This document shows positions 37,400 through 50,400 of a stretch of DNA of 64,000 bases, piece by piece (position 1 is the first letter of the stretch; the number at the start of each line of letters is the position of its first letter). The notes below the pieces were generated by a model. That model ran no database searches and had not been told where the DNA came from. It saw only the letters and a program-made list of their open reading frames with translations. Location: NCBI GenBank assembly GCA_030704615.1, contig CM060734.1, positions 60,264,001 through 60,328,000 of the forward strand, written 5' to 3'. Both the position numbers and the translations under genes were made by a program. This stretch comes from Takakia lepidozioides (lineage: Eukaryota > Plantae > Bryophyta).

Positions 37400-38997
37400 T
37401 GGGGTACAACACTGCCCCCCAACCAGGACATCGTATGAGACTGCGTCTGTCACAATGGCCTTGGCTCGCATCACTGAGCCATCTGTAGGGTGATCCGGCC
37501 GTAGTCTGATAGCCAACTCACGCCGCCGTGTCATGCCCCGAGCCTGCTCCGATCCTCCCAGAGACGTCTGTATCTGGAAAGGACAAGGCTCCATATCCGC
37601 CTCCGTGAGGCCCAAGCCTGCAATAGCAGCTCTGCCCAGCATCAATGGCTGAGCTCCCGAGTCCAACAAGACCCGCAGTGGCCGGTACCTCTTCTTGCCT
37701 GCCGGTCCACTCAAACAGAAAATGCCATCCTGGTTGTCTAACATGACAACTCCAGGTGTCACCATGGCGCGCTCAATGGCTGGCCTAGCTGGCAGCTCCA
37801 TCAACCTGGCAGCTGCAGCTTGCCATGGCGCCGCCGTGGCAGTCTTGACCCTCAAATCCGAGGATCCCTCCGGCACTACACCTCCCACTATCTCCGCAGA
37901 AGATGAAGTAACCTCCCCACTCTCACAGAGTGTAGCTGCCAGCCTGAACACCTCAGCTGGTCTTACCCCCGGCGTCGCAATCATGGTAGCCGAGAACAAT
38001 GGAGCCTGGCACACAGATGTGGCCGCTCCTAGCAGCACACTAGCTGCCGTAGCCTTGGCAACACTAGGTAGTGGTGCTACCCGTGTAGCTCTCCCCAATG
38101 GCATAGTAACCTCCGCCTCGGTAACAGTCGGCGAGAACTAGGTGCCATGGATGGCGTCGACACTGTCTCCGCCAATGTGAATGACTGAGGAAGCCTAGCC
38201 TGACGGCTTGCCTCCCCACGCTGTGGATCCAACTCCACCTCTGCACCTCGTGGCTCAGGAACTCGTGCTGCTCCTCGAGTCACGGCTGCAGCAGACTCCA
38301 CCTGCACTAGTGGTAGTGCTGCTCCACACATGAATCCCATGCCTCCCATATCTCCTCCCTCAGGAGCAGGAGGTGGACCATCCGGCCTTAGAGCCGGTAC
38401 CACCTGAGCTGTAGCCATGGCAGCGAGCCTCTGCTCTAGCTGCTGAAGCCGGTTGGCCATGCCTTGGTCAACACCCTGACCTCCGCGTCCTTGGCCACGT
38501 TGAGCTTGCCCTTGGCCTCACCTCGTGGCTGGCCACCTCGTCCTCTCTGGGCTGCTCCACCTCGCCCCGGCCACCATTGTTCCCTTGGAACTGGCCTGGG
38601 CGCAACTCAGGATGCAAACCATAACACGGGCCTCTCCATGCCCGTTCTTGCCACAATGCCCACCTGCAACTGTGCAGGCTGTGCATGTGCCGGCCCTTTG
38701 CCTCCCTCTGGCAATCCTTCTTGACATGGGGTCCTCCACATGTCCAGCACACCACATCCGCCCGTTGTTGGCCAGCAAATGAAGGGAGAGACCCCTGCAT
38801 CTGAGGTCCTCTCTGCCCTTCCCTGAGCTTCACCTGAGCCCCCTTGTTGCCTTGAGCACGTTGAGGTAGTGGTTGGCTAGGAGCACCACTACCCCGTGGT
38901 GTCTCCTTAGCAAATCCCACCATGACCACTCGTTCCTCCACCATGTTGAGCTCTATCCGCTCTGCCAGCAAAAACACATTTGCTAAGGTGGGTTGGG
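37400..38997 (-). CDS. Gag C-terminus with two zinc knuckles, followed by aspartic protease (frameshifted)
   Basis: CWTCGGPHVKKDC, and a second knuckle clearest in the other copy (CGHCDKYGHGDAQC). Protease RVLLDSGAQPLML...YDVLVG. Confidence 0.88.
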
Positions 38998-39497
38998 NNN
39001 NNNNNNNNNNNNNNNNNNNNNNNNNNNNNNNNNNNNNNNNNNNNNNNNNNNNNNNNNNNNNNNNNNNNNNNNNNNNNNNNNNNNNNNNNNNNNNNNNNNN
39101 NNNNNNNNNNNNNNNNNNNNNNNNNNNNNNNNNNNNNNNNNNNNNNNNNNNNNNNNNNNNNNNNNNNNNNNNNNNNNNNNNNNNNNNNNNNNNNNNNNNN
39201 NNNNNNNNNNNNNNNNNNNNNNNNNNNNNNNNNNNNNNNNNNNNNNNNNNNNNNNNNNNNNNNNNNNNNNNNNNNNNNNNNNNNNNNNNNNNNNNNNNNN
39301 NNNNNNNNNNNNNNNNNNNNNNNNNNNNNNNNNNNNNNNNNNNNNNNNNNNNNNNNNNNNNNNNNNNNNNNNNNNNNNNNNNNNNNNNNNNNNNNNNNNN
39401 NNNNNNNNNNNNNNNNNNNNNNNNNNNNNNNNNNNNNNNNNNNNNNNNNNNNNNNNNNNNNNNNNNNNNNNNNNNNNNNNNNNNNNNNNNNNNNNNN
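38998..39497. other. Assembly gap (500 N)
   Basis: Run of N. Adjacency across it is not verified. Confidence 1.
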
Positions 39498-42400
39498 AGG
39501 GTTCGACACACAGCAGAGAATGAAGTGCAAGGACATGTGTCAAAAGAAGAGGACTGGAAACGGCCGTCAAAGGGATGAAAGGCGGCACCCATTTATGAGA
39601 CGGAAAAAGTGGAAACAGAACAACGGCAAGTACAGAAAAACTGAATTCATGTCGCATGTGTGATCCTAGTGGACTATCCAACAGGGAAAGTCCACTAAAG
39701 AAGATAAAAGTTAAAATCCAGTCACACTGATACAGCCAATAGAAAACCAGAGAAAGATCAAGAAAAGGGGGAATTAAGGCGCAAGAGACGGCGTCGTTCT
39801 GAGTAACTGGGCTGTCTCGACAGGACAGGCCATAATGCATAACTTGGAAACTATTGAAGGAGCTAACAGACTATACGCTCGCAATATTACTTACGGCAAT
39901 GGCGGAGACCGAAACGAAAGAGCAAGCAGCGTTTCTCCTTGAAACAATGCTTGCAAGCCCCGCAGGCTTCACAAGAGTCCCATACCTTTCTACCTTTCTG
40001 CGGCAACCATACTTTTCCTGCTTGGTGCACTACAGGCATTCCTGTAGTTGTTACCAGCCAAAGCAGTTCTGTGAGTCTAAGATAAGAGAGTGAGAGAATG
40101 GAGGAAATCAGGGTGAAGAGCAACACCATTCTGCAAAAACACCGATGGCTACCACCCCACAGGCGATAAAGATAGTGAAGGAGCTGAGATTGGAAGGATT
40201 GCAAAGCATGGATTGGACACACACCATAGACAGTACATGTTACAATTTTTGCAGAACTTTTGAGCCAAAGACAGGAACAACAACAGTTGAAGGAGTTTAA
40301 TTAATGATTAACTCCCCTATACCTCCAGCAATTGTTTTTCATTGCCAGAAGGTCATGTGTCTGTGGAGGAACACAGAGAAAGACTGCAAAATAGGGGATT
40401 TATTCCAAGAAGGGAGTTTCTTTAAAACTCAGGTTATGATGCTTGTACCAAAGCTGTGTACCCGGGTTAAAAGACATAGCCAAGTATTGAACGTTCTGAT
40501 GCCCTGAAACAGAAACCAACAATTTTGAGCAGATCCTTCACAGAGGAAATCCTCAAGGGCTTGAGGGACAAGAGGTACCATGGGCGGACATAATGTACAA
40601 CGCACTGGTAGAGGAGATGAAAGATTACAAGGTACTACCGCAAAATCTCCTATCATAGTGTCTGGCCCAATCATTGCTCAAATAATCCTTAGTTCTGGCA
40701 TACTTAATGCACACGAAAGGAAGGAAATGGGAGTGTTTGACCAGAAACAACTGCAATGGAAGAGCAGGCTCTTCACACAGTGAGGTGGACTAGCAGCACA
40801 ACCCGAGACTAAGAGGCGAGAAGGGAAAGACTGTAGTGGCGATCCACTGGCTTCACGGATTCCGCATTGATAATGTTTTTCCCAAGCTCAATGACCCGGG
40901 GGGCACAACAGCACAAAAGAATGTTATTACTGGAAGCAGGACCTTCAGATAGATGAGGAAGAAGTTACTTCTGCATCACAACCAACCAGCCACTTGAACG
41001 ACTTGTCACAAGGTCACAAGTTATCCATGCAGCTCAACCCGAATAATAGATTTGGAAAGTGAAGGGTAGATTTCCAACTACAGAACAGATAGTGGCGGAA
41101 ATAGAGCAAGGGGACCTTCTCTATGAATATCTGGTCTGGTCAAGCAGACAGAAATCCCAGAGGTGCAACAGTTACCCAAGAAAAATCCTGAGGTACATAT
41201 AATGCACACACCTGTGTCGGAGATACCACAGGCGGAAGGCCATGACACTGTAGCACCGGTCATAAATGAAGTAGTTCAGGAAGAAAATCCGGGGGACAAT
41301 GGTCCTGAATGGTTTGAGACATCATACTGTTGAAGATCGGGAGGAACAGCAGCAACCTCACCATGATGACCCTCAACAGGCAATGCTGATGAATTCCATA
41401 GGAAGACACTTAATTGTTGGGGACTTATGTCAAACCCATGTTCCAATTACCCCAATTGACAGCCTTGAAAGAAGAACTCAGGAAGGAGTTTGAGGGCTCG
41501 ACTTGCCACTGAGTGTTCAAACAAGGTCGATGAAGAGGTCACTCTTCAAGATGAAGCAGGACTTGGCCAATACATAAATGGCTTTGCAATTGGCCAAGCA
41601 ACAATTGATTGAGGCAGGCCTTGCGCAAGACCAGTTGCACGAAGCACATAAGCAACAGCTATACCAAATGCAGGTGCAGCATGAAACATTTACAACTATG
41701 CTTGACAAACAACAAAAGAAATAAACAGTTTTTTTCAAGCGGAAAACAAAAAAAAATGTTACGAAGGCAGAAGAAGAGAATGTGGAGCACATGAAGCTCA
41801 TTGTCGATATGAAGAATACAATCTGTCGCAATGAAGATACTTTCAAGCAATACAGGCAGATGGAAGCTGAGAATGAGAAATACATCGTGGAGTTGCAACA
41901 AACCATCGTGGGCCAATAGAAATGAATCGCGGTCAGTAACAAGGCTTCGAAAGAAGCCAATAATTTACTTGCTGCCTATGCGCAATTGGTTGAGCCACAG
42001 GCGAAGCGCATGAAGGCTTTACAACAGCAGTGGAATTGTATAAGCTAAGAGAGAGCAAACTCTCAGGGGAACCACAAGCAGCTTGGTGGATAACTAGCCT
42101 TATGCAGGTCTGGTTAGCACAATGGCCAGTAGAGGGCAAAAGCCCACGGAGCTCACCCAAAGCGAGATGAATGAGCTCAGACTGCAGGTGCAGAAACATT
42201 GCCACAACTACTATAGACAATGTCTATAGTAGGATCGCAGAGTTACAAGAGGATGTAGACGACTCCAGACTCAAGTAGAAGACCTCACTTCAAACATCGA
42301 CCAAAGAGTCTATATCCCTCAGGAACAGCTAATGGCTTCTTATTTGCAGAGCCAGAACTCTGGCTTTTCAGTCTTCACAGGAGGTGCAGGAGATGCCAAT

Positions 42401-44749
42401 GGTACAGGAACCAGTGTAAAACCACCACCAACAACAGTCAGGTCCAGTAGCTGAACCTGTGGTTTACAACCAACCACACCACCACAGCCGGAGGTGGTAT
42501 GGGGCAATGCAGCTTTTAACCCACCTAAAACTCCAAGCTGCCAGGAGTACAGTAGGGCTATGATTATGCCCTTCAACCAAATTCCATCATGTTGGATTTG
42601 GCTTTGGAAAGAATTTAGTCCTCCGCAGTCATTCGCACATTACTACCAAATCATGCGTATCTGGCTGCCAGTGGCAAACCAGGACTAAAGTTCTTCCAAA
42701 CAATCGACATATTGAAGATCATCACTTTGCACAATACTGGCACGAGGCAGGTACCATGTTGAGGAATTGGTTGCTTTCCAGGTTGTACATGGACTCATTT
42801 ATACCAAGACCAAGAGAGATAGCAAGTATTGTCATGGGGTGCGGGCTATACTACGCTGCTTGTTTCCTGATACGTTACCACATAGAGCAACAAAAGATGC
42901 AAGCACGATTTCAAAGTTACTCCAGTGGAGACATTGGGTATTAACCTTCGGTGCCACCTCATATGTACCTATATGACCCAAAACTTATGATACAAAAGGA
43001 TTCTCAAATTCGTTCATGGTTTCAAGCAGCCTGCAACAATTTGTCAACACACAGAAAAATTCGGACTTGATGACATTTTCTAAAGGGACATATCGCATGA
43101 AATAATTGCACGCCGGCACCAGTTAATTGGTACCCCACTCATCTGGACAGACAAGGAGCTCAGTGTCTACACCAATTTTGCTGTTCAACGGTTACACCAA
43201 GTTGTAAAATGCAAAACTTCCAGACAGGTTAGGACAGCATTGTATGCCCCAGATGATTCCACAAAAAGTTCGAAAATTAAAAACACTGAGAGGCGATGAG
43301 GATTCTGATACAAACTGTTTCTTCACAAAATTCCTTTTGACATGGGAGAAGACTATGCATTTCAGATGGAAGAAAAGAAACAAAGGGGATCTCCTATGCC
43401 GGAAAGATTACCTCGATATCAACCTCCAGAAGGCCTCACTTATCCAGGTAGTGATCAACCATCTCCATCAACCAGAGACATACCTCGGGCTCGTACACAC
43501 AGCCCACCACGAACTCTCAACGTCAACAAGGTGCTCACTCACAAAGGGTTGCTACTCGGAAACAGTAAACCGTGAGGACACGCTTTTTGAGGGGGGGGGA
43601 AGGGGGTAATGTTAGAGGACTGTAGGGGACTTAGACACTTATAACGGGATCTGTAGGGTACCCTAATTTTTGCACAGACTGAGACAAACAGGAACCTTAG
43701 GGGTGACAGCACGCGCACTGTAGAGGGGGTTACATAGCCCACACAGCCGACACAGCAGCACAGCCCACACAGCCAACACAGCCCGTCACAGTCGTCACAA
43801 CCCACACAGCCCAACAGCCCGTCACAGTCGTCACAGCCCACACAGCCGTCACAGTCGTCACAACCCACACAGCCAACACAGCCCGTCACAGTCGTCACAG
43901 CCCCCCACACAGCACGACACAGCCGTCACAGCCCACACAGCCACACAGCCCGTCAACAGTCGTCACAGCCCACACAGCCGTCACAGTTCGTCCAGCCACA
44001 CAGCCCACACAGCCCGTCACAGTCGTCACAGCAGACACAGCCCACACAGCCAGTCACAGCCCGGCACAGCCACACAGCCAGTCACAGCCCGACACAGCCA
44101 AACACAGCCAGTCACCGCTTGACACAGCTGTTCACGATAATAGGGAACGAAGAGTAGGACAGGGAAACGACTGTGGGGAACAACACCAGTGAAGGGAACA
44201 TGTTAGTTCACATACGACGGTTAGAGAGGGAAACGGTTAGAACCGCGGATAGGAGGATAAAGGGAAGAACGGGGAGTAGGAAAGGGATCATTATTCGGGG
44301 AGGACTTTGGAGACAGGCGGGAGCGGAGATCGGAGAGCACGATGAAGGAGAAAAGAGGATTAGTAGATGCTTGTCATATGCAAAGCTAGAGTGATATTGT
44401 AGAGCAGATTAGAGACATAATGGATTCGGCCTGATACCTGATAAATCATAATCTGATACTTATACGATACAATCACACTGTGTAGAGAGATCTGAGTGAA
44501 GCTGTGGATTGAATGGAGGAGTTAAGGAAACCGATAAATTGATGAAGCAAACTGATACTTAATTATCAATGGTAAGGTAGCTAAGATGAATGCGGAAAAG
44601 GAAACAATAGGAACACCCCCATGATACACTAGCTGTAGGTCATGACTGATTGTTCTGCGCGGGCTGAGTACTTAGAGATTTCCAACTCTTCTATCTTGGA
44701 GTTTCCGCCTCGGATAGCGAAGGGATGGGTGAGTAAAAGCCGCGCGACA
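39498..44749 (+). mobile_element. Second LTR family: indel-riddled accessory ORF, PPT (43589-43609) and 3' LTR (43610-44749)
   Basis: Inverted homologue of 46393-51590. PPT gaggggggggaagggggtaa. LTR TGTTAGAGGAC...CCGCGCGACA with an internal cacagcc/gtcacag array. Confidence 0.88.
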
Positions 44750-44750
44750 T

Positions 44751-45278
44751 TCATCTCTGCCCGATCCCCTCTCCTCCATGACCAAGAAGTCCTCCTCCGA
44801 ATGATATCCCTCAATTCCCCGTTTCTCCCTTTATCTTCCTATCCGTGGTTCTAACCGTTTCCCTCACTAATCGTCGTCTGTGAACTAACATGTTCCCTTC
44901 GCAGGTGTTGTTCCCCACAGTCGTTCCCTGTCCTACTCTTCGTTCCCTATGATCGTGACAACTGTGTCAAGCTGTGACTGGCTGTGCGAAACTGTGACGG
45001 GCTGTGACTGGCTGTGCGACTGTGTTTGGCTGTGTCGGGCTGTGACTGGCTGTGTGGCTATGCCGGGCTGTGTCGGCTGTGACGACTGTGTCTGCTGTGA
45101 CGACTGTGACGGGCTGTGTCGGCTGTGACGACTGTGACGACTGTGACGGGCTGTGTAACCCCCCTCTACAGTGCGCTGCTGTCACCCCTAAGGCTCCTGT
45201 TGGTCTCAGTCTGTGCAAAAATTAAGGGTACCCTACAGATCCCGTATAAGTGTCTAAGTCCCCGACAGTCCTCTAACA
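44751..45278 (-). repeat. Partial inverted LTR (5' part) of the second family
   Basis: Matches 46812-47426 and ends ...CCTCTAACA at 45278. Confidence 0.88.
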
Positions 45279-46100
45279 ATACCATAAGGGAAATGCAGAA
45301 GAGTACTGATATTCCTGTGGCAGATTCCTCTGATTCTGATGGAGAAGAAGAAGTGAGTGAGGATGAAAGGAAGAAAGAAGATGTAGGCATACAAAGTAAT
45401 GAAGGGACTTTGGCTGAAGTAATATGCCAGACCAAAGCAGAGATTACCATTGGACAGCTATTGGCTGTGGCACCTTATTGTAGGCACAGGCTGTATCAAG
45501 CAATCAATCGAATTGCCCAGGAGACAGGAAACACAGACCTGAACAGCAAGGTGACCAGTTATAATGTGAAGCCGGAAGGGCGAGAAACAGTCATGGACTT
45601 TGATGATTCTATGCCAATAATCCAATTGAGAATTGGAAGCACAGAACTAACTGATGTACTGATAGATGGAGGTTCTGGAGTAAATATCATGACAGACCAA
45701 TTAAGAAAGAAGCTTGCTCTAAGTAACATGAAACCAGCCCCATTTACAGTAACAATGGCAGATCAAAGAAGTGTACAGCCATTGGGATTAATAAGAGGAG
45801 TTAAGATACAGATACAGAAGATGATCTTTATGATCACAGTAATTGTGTTGAAGATGGATGAAGTCATGGAGGCTTACTCCTTATTATTGGGACGTCCGTG
45901 GCTGAAACAGGCCAGGGTATTCCATGACTGGAATTCTCAGTTACTAACCGTGCATAATGGGATACACGAGATACAAATTACCACAAAGAAATCTAGTAGA
46001 TTACCTGCTACGAAAAGACCTCGAGGAGTCAGAGAGTATGACTGGAGAGGAGGACTGGATGAGGAGCAGGAAGCTACCCTATTTGCTGCACACCCAAAGT
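45279..46100 (+). mobile_element. Ty3/gypsy gag-end and aspartic protease fragment
   Basis: ITIGQLLAVAP, VLIDGGSGVNIM and YSLLLGRPWL in ORF 45116..46108. Confidence 0.88.
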
Positions 46101-46392
46101 GGTTGTGATAGGCTGTGTTGCGCCGTGCTGGGCTGTGATAGGCTGTGTTTTGCCTTGATGGGCTATGATAGGCTGTGTCACGTCGTGATGGGCTGTGATA
46201 GGCTGTGTCAAGCTTGTTCTGCCCGCCCTGGTCATATATACTCGGCCTAGCGACAAGTGCTCCATACTCCGTTCGTAACACTGGCGCAGCCCGTGACTGC
46301 TCTTGCGTTTCAACATGCAAATCATGCTGCAATGATTTGTCATGGATACCACTGTATCCCTTCAACTTATTAGCATTGACTCTTCCCAGCAT
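46101..46392 (-). mobile_element. Probable integrase C-terminal tail followed by the 30-bp tandem array
   Basis: GRVNANKLKGY resembles the gypsy INT terminal motif. It is followed by the same array unit as at 51700-52005. Confidence 0.6.
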
Positions 46393-47465
46393 TGTCGCGC
46401 GGCTTTTACTCACCCATCCCTTCGCTATTCGAGGCGGAAACTCCAAGATAGAAGAGTTGGAAATCTCTAAGTACTCAGCCCGCGCAGAACAATCAGTCAT
46501 GACCTACAGCTAGTGTATCATGGGGGTGTTTCCTATTTGTTTTCCTTTTGGTATTCATGTTAGCTATCTTACCATTGATAATTAAGTATCAGTTTGCTTT
46601 ATCAATCTATTGGATTCCATCAGCTCATCCATTCATTTCACAGCTTCACTCATATCTCTCTACACAGTGTGATTGTATCGTAAAAGTATCCGATTATGAT
46701 TTATCAGGTATCAGGCCGAAGCCATTGTGTCTCTAATCTGCTCTACAATATCATTACATCCTTGCCTATATCAAGCATCTACTCATCATCTCTCTATCTT
46801 CACTTCCGTTCCTCATCTCTACCCGATCCCCTCTCCTCTATCACCAAGAAGTCCTCCTCCGAAAATCCCCCCTTCAATTCCCCGTTTCTCCCTTTATCTT
46901 CCTATCCGCGGTTCTAACCGTTTCCCTCACTAACCGTCGTCTGTGAACTAACATGTTCCCTTCGCAGGTGTTGTTCCCCACAGTCGTTCCCTGTCCTATT
47001 CTTCGTTCCGTATGATCGTGACAGCTGTGTCAAGCTGTGACTGGCTGTGTGAAACTGTGACGGGCTGTGACTGGCTGTGCGACTGTGTTTGGCTGTGTCG
47101 GGCTGTGACTGGCTGTGTGGCTGTGCCGGGCTGTGTCGGCTGTGTTGGCTGTGTTCTGCTGTGACGACTGTGACGGGCTGTGTTGGCTGTGTCGGCTGTG
47201 ACGGGCTGTGTTGGCTGTGACGACTGTGACGGGCTCTGTTGGCTGTGTCGGCTGTGACGGGCTGTGTTGGCTGTGTTGGCTGTGACGACTGTGTTGGGCT
47301 GTGTAACCCCCCTCTACAGTGCGCTGCTGTCACCCCTAAGGTTCCTATTGGTTTCAGTCTGTGCAAAAATTAAGGGTACCCTACAGATCCCGTATAAGTG
47401 TCTAAGTCCCCGACAGTCCTCTAACATTTACCTCTTCCCCCCTCAAAAAGCCGTGTCCTCACGGT

Positions 47466-50400
47466 TTACTGTTTTCGACTAGCAAACCTTTGTGAGTGAG
47501 CACCTTCTTGACGTTGAGAGTTTTGTGGCGGACTGTGTGTACGAGCCCGAGGTCTGTCTCTGGTTGACGGAGATGGTTGATCACTACCTGGATAAGTGAG
47601 GCCCTCTGGAGGCTGACATAGAGGTAACCTTTCCGGCATAGGAGACCCCCTTCGCTTCTTCTCTGCCATCTGAACTGCATAGTCTTCTCCCATGTCAAAA
47701 GAATTCGGTGAAGAAACAGTTGTATCAGAATCCTCATCGCCTCTCAGGTGTTTTAATTTTCGAACTTTTTGTGGATCATCTGGGGCATACAATGCTGTCC
47801 TACCATGTCTGGAAGTTTGTATTTTACAACTTGGTGTAACCGCTGAACAGCAAAATTGGTGTAGACACTGAGCTCCTTGTCTGTCCAGGTGAGTGGGGTA
47901 CCAATTACTGGTGCAGCGTGCAAGTACTTCCATGCCACATGTCCCTTATAGAAAATGTCATCAATGCCGAATTTCTGTGTTGACAAATGGTTCGGTCGCT
48001 TGAAACCATGAACGAATTGAGAATCCTTTTGCATCATAACTTTTGGGTCATATAGGTACATATGAGGTGGCACCGAAGGTAATACCCAATGATCTCCACT
48101 GGAATAACTCAGAAAGCATGTTTGCATCTTTTGTTGCTCAATGTGGTAACGTACCAGAAAACAAGCAGCGTAGTATAACCCGCACCCCATGACAATACTT
48201 GCTATCTCCTTGGTCTTGGTATAAATGAATCCATGTACAACCTGGAAAGCAATCAATTCCCTCAACATGGTACCTGCCTTGTGCCAGTATTGTGCAAAGT
48301 GATGATCTTCAATATGTCGATTGTTCGGAAGAACTTTAGTCCTAGTTGCCACTGGCAGCCAAATACGCATAATTTGGTAGTAATGTGCGAATGACTGCGG
48401 AGGACTAAATTCGTTCCAAGCCAAATCCAACATGATGGGAATTTAGTTGAAGGGCATAATCATAGCCCTACTGTACTCCCTTGCAGCTGGAGTTTTAGGT
48501 GGGTTAAAAGCGGCATTGCCCCATACCTCCGGCTGTGGTGGCTGTGGTGTGGTTGTAGTAACCACAGGTTCAACTACTGGTACAGTGACTTGTTGTGGTG
48601 GTGGTGGTACTGGCTCTTGTATCATTGGCATCTCCTGCACCTCCTGTGAAGACTGAAAAGCCAAAGTTCTGGCTTGTAAATAAGAAGCCATTAGCTGTTC
48701 CTGAGGGATATAGACTCTTTGGTCGATGTTTGAAGTGAGTTCTTCCACTTGAGTCTGCAGTCCGTCTACATCCTCTTGTAACTCTGCTATCCTACTATAG
48801 ACATTGTCTATAGTAGTTGTGGCAATGTTCTGCACCTGCAGCCTGAGCTCATTCATCTCGCTTTGGGTGAGCTTCCGTGGTGCTTTGCCCTCTACTGGCC
48901 CTTGTGCTAACCAGACCTGCATAAGGCTGTTATCCACCAAGTTGCTTGTGGTTCCCCTGAGAGTTTGCTCCTCTCCTAGCTTGTACAATTCCAACTGGTG
49001 TTGTAAAGCCTCCATGCGCTTCGCCTGAGGTTCAACCAATTGCGCATAAGCAGCAAGTAGATTATTGGCTTCCTTCCAAGCCTTGTTATTGACCGCGATT
49101 TCATTTCTATTGGCCATGATGGTTTGTTGCAACTCCACGATGTGCTTCTCTTGATCAGCTTCAATCTGCCTGTATTGCTTGAAAGTATCTTCATTGCGAC
49201 AGATTGTATTCTTCATATCGACAATGAGCTTCATTTGCTCAACATTCTCTTCTTCTGCCTTCGTACATTTTTCCGCTTGACTGTTTATTTCTTTTGTAGA
49301 TTGGTCAAGCATAGTTGTGAATGTAGCACATTGTATCGCCATCCTGTCATGCACTGTCTGCAACTCCGTATGTAGTGCATTCACTTCTTGCAACTTGCTT
49401 TCATGCTGCACCTGCATTTGGTATAGCTGTTGCTTATGTGCTTCGTGCAACTGGTCTTGCGCGAGGCCTGCCTCAATCAATTGTTCCTTGGCCAATTGCA
49501 AGCCACTTCTGTATTTCCCAAGTCCTGCTGCATCTTGAGAGTGACCTCTTCATCGACCTTGTTTGCACACTCAGTGGCTAGTCGAGCCTCAAACTCCTTC
49601 CTGAGTTCCTCTCTCAAGGCTGTCAATTGGGTAATTGGAACATGGGATTTGACATAAGTCCCCAACAAATTAAGTGTCTTGCCTATGGAACTCATCAGCA
49701 TTGCTTGTTGAGGGTCATCATGGTGAGGTTGCTGCTGTTCCTCCTGATCTTCAACAGTGTGATGTCTCACGAACCATTCAGGCCATTGTCCCACCGGATT
49801 TTCTTCCTGAACTACTTCATCTATCACCGGTGCTACAGTGTCATGACCTTCCGCCTGTGGTACCTCCGACACAGGTGTGTGTATTATATGCACCTCAGGA
49901 TTTCCCTTGGGCAACTGTTGCACCTCTGGGATCTCTGTCTCCTTGACCAGACCAGAATATTCATAGAGAAGGTCCCCCTTCTCCATTTCTGCCACTATCT
50001 GTTCTGTAGTTGGAATATCTAACCCTTCTCTTTCCAAATCAAATAATCTGGTTGAGCTGCATGGATAACTTGTGACCTTGTGACAAGTCGATCAGCTGGC
50101 TGTGATGGTTGTGATACAGAAGTAACTTCCTCCTCCCTCTCTGAAGGTCCTGCTTCCAGTAATAGCATTTCTCTGTGCTGCTGTGCCCCTTCCTGGCCAT
50201 GAGCTTGGGAAACATTATCATGCGGAATCCGTGAAGCCAGTGGATCCGCCACTACAATCTTTCCCCGTCTCTGCCTCTTAGTCTCGGGTTGCCCTGCTAC
50301 TCCACCCTCACTGTGTGAAGAGCCTTGCTCTTCCGTTGCAGTTGTTGCTGGCTCAAACACTCCCATTTCCTTTCTTTCTCGCGCATTAAGTATGCCAGAA

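Larger units (their letters stand above)
31595..38997 (-). mobile_element. Ty3/gypsy LTR retrotransposon encoding Gag-PR-DNMT3-like methyltransferase-RT-RNase H-INT-PHD; 5' end lost in the gap
   Basis: Domain order PR-(MTase)-RT-RH-INT. PPT ctaggggggcg at 32303-32313, then a TG...CA terminal repeat at 32300-31595. The frame is broken by small indels. Confidence 0.95.

Noticed and set aside
13823-38997. Functional link between the DMAP1 (DNMT1-associated protein) homologue and the neighbouring DNMT-carrying retrotransposon
   Set aside because: Only proximity and a shared name. SWC4 is an ordinary spliced host gene, and the TE is a multi-copy insertion with a DNMT3-type domain.
38468-39840. 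Long ORFs containing poly-X
   Set aside because: Artefacts of translating through the 500-N gap.
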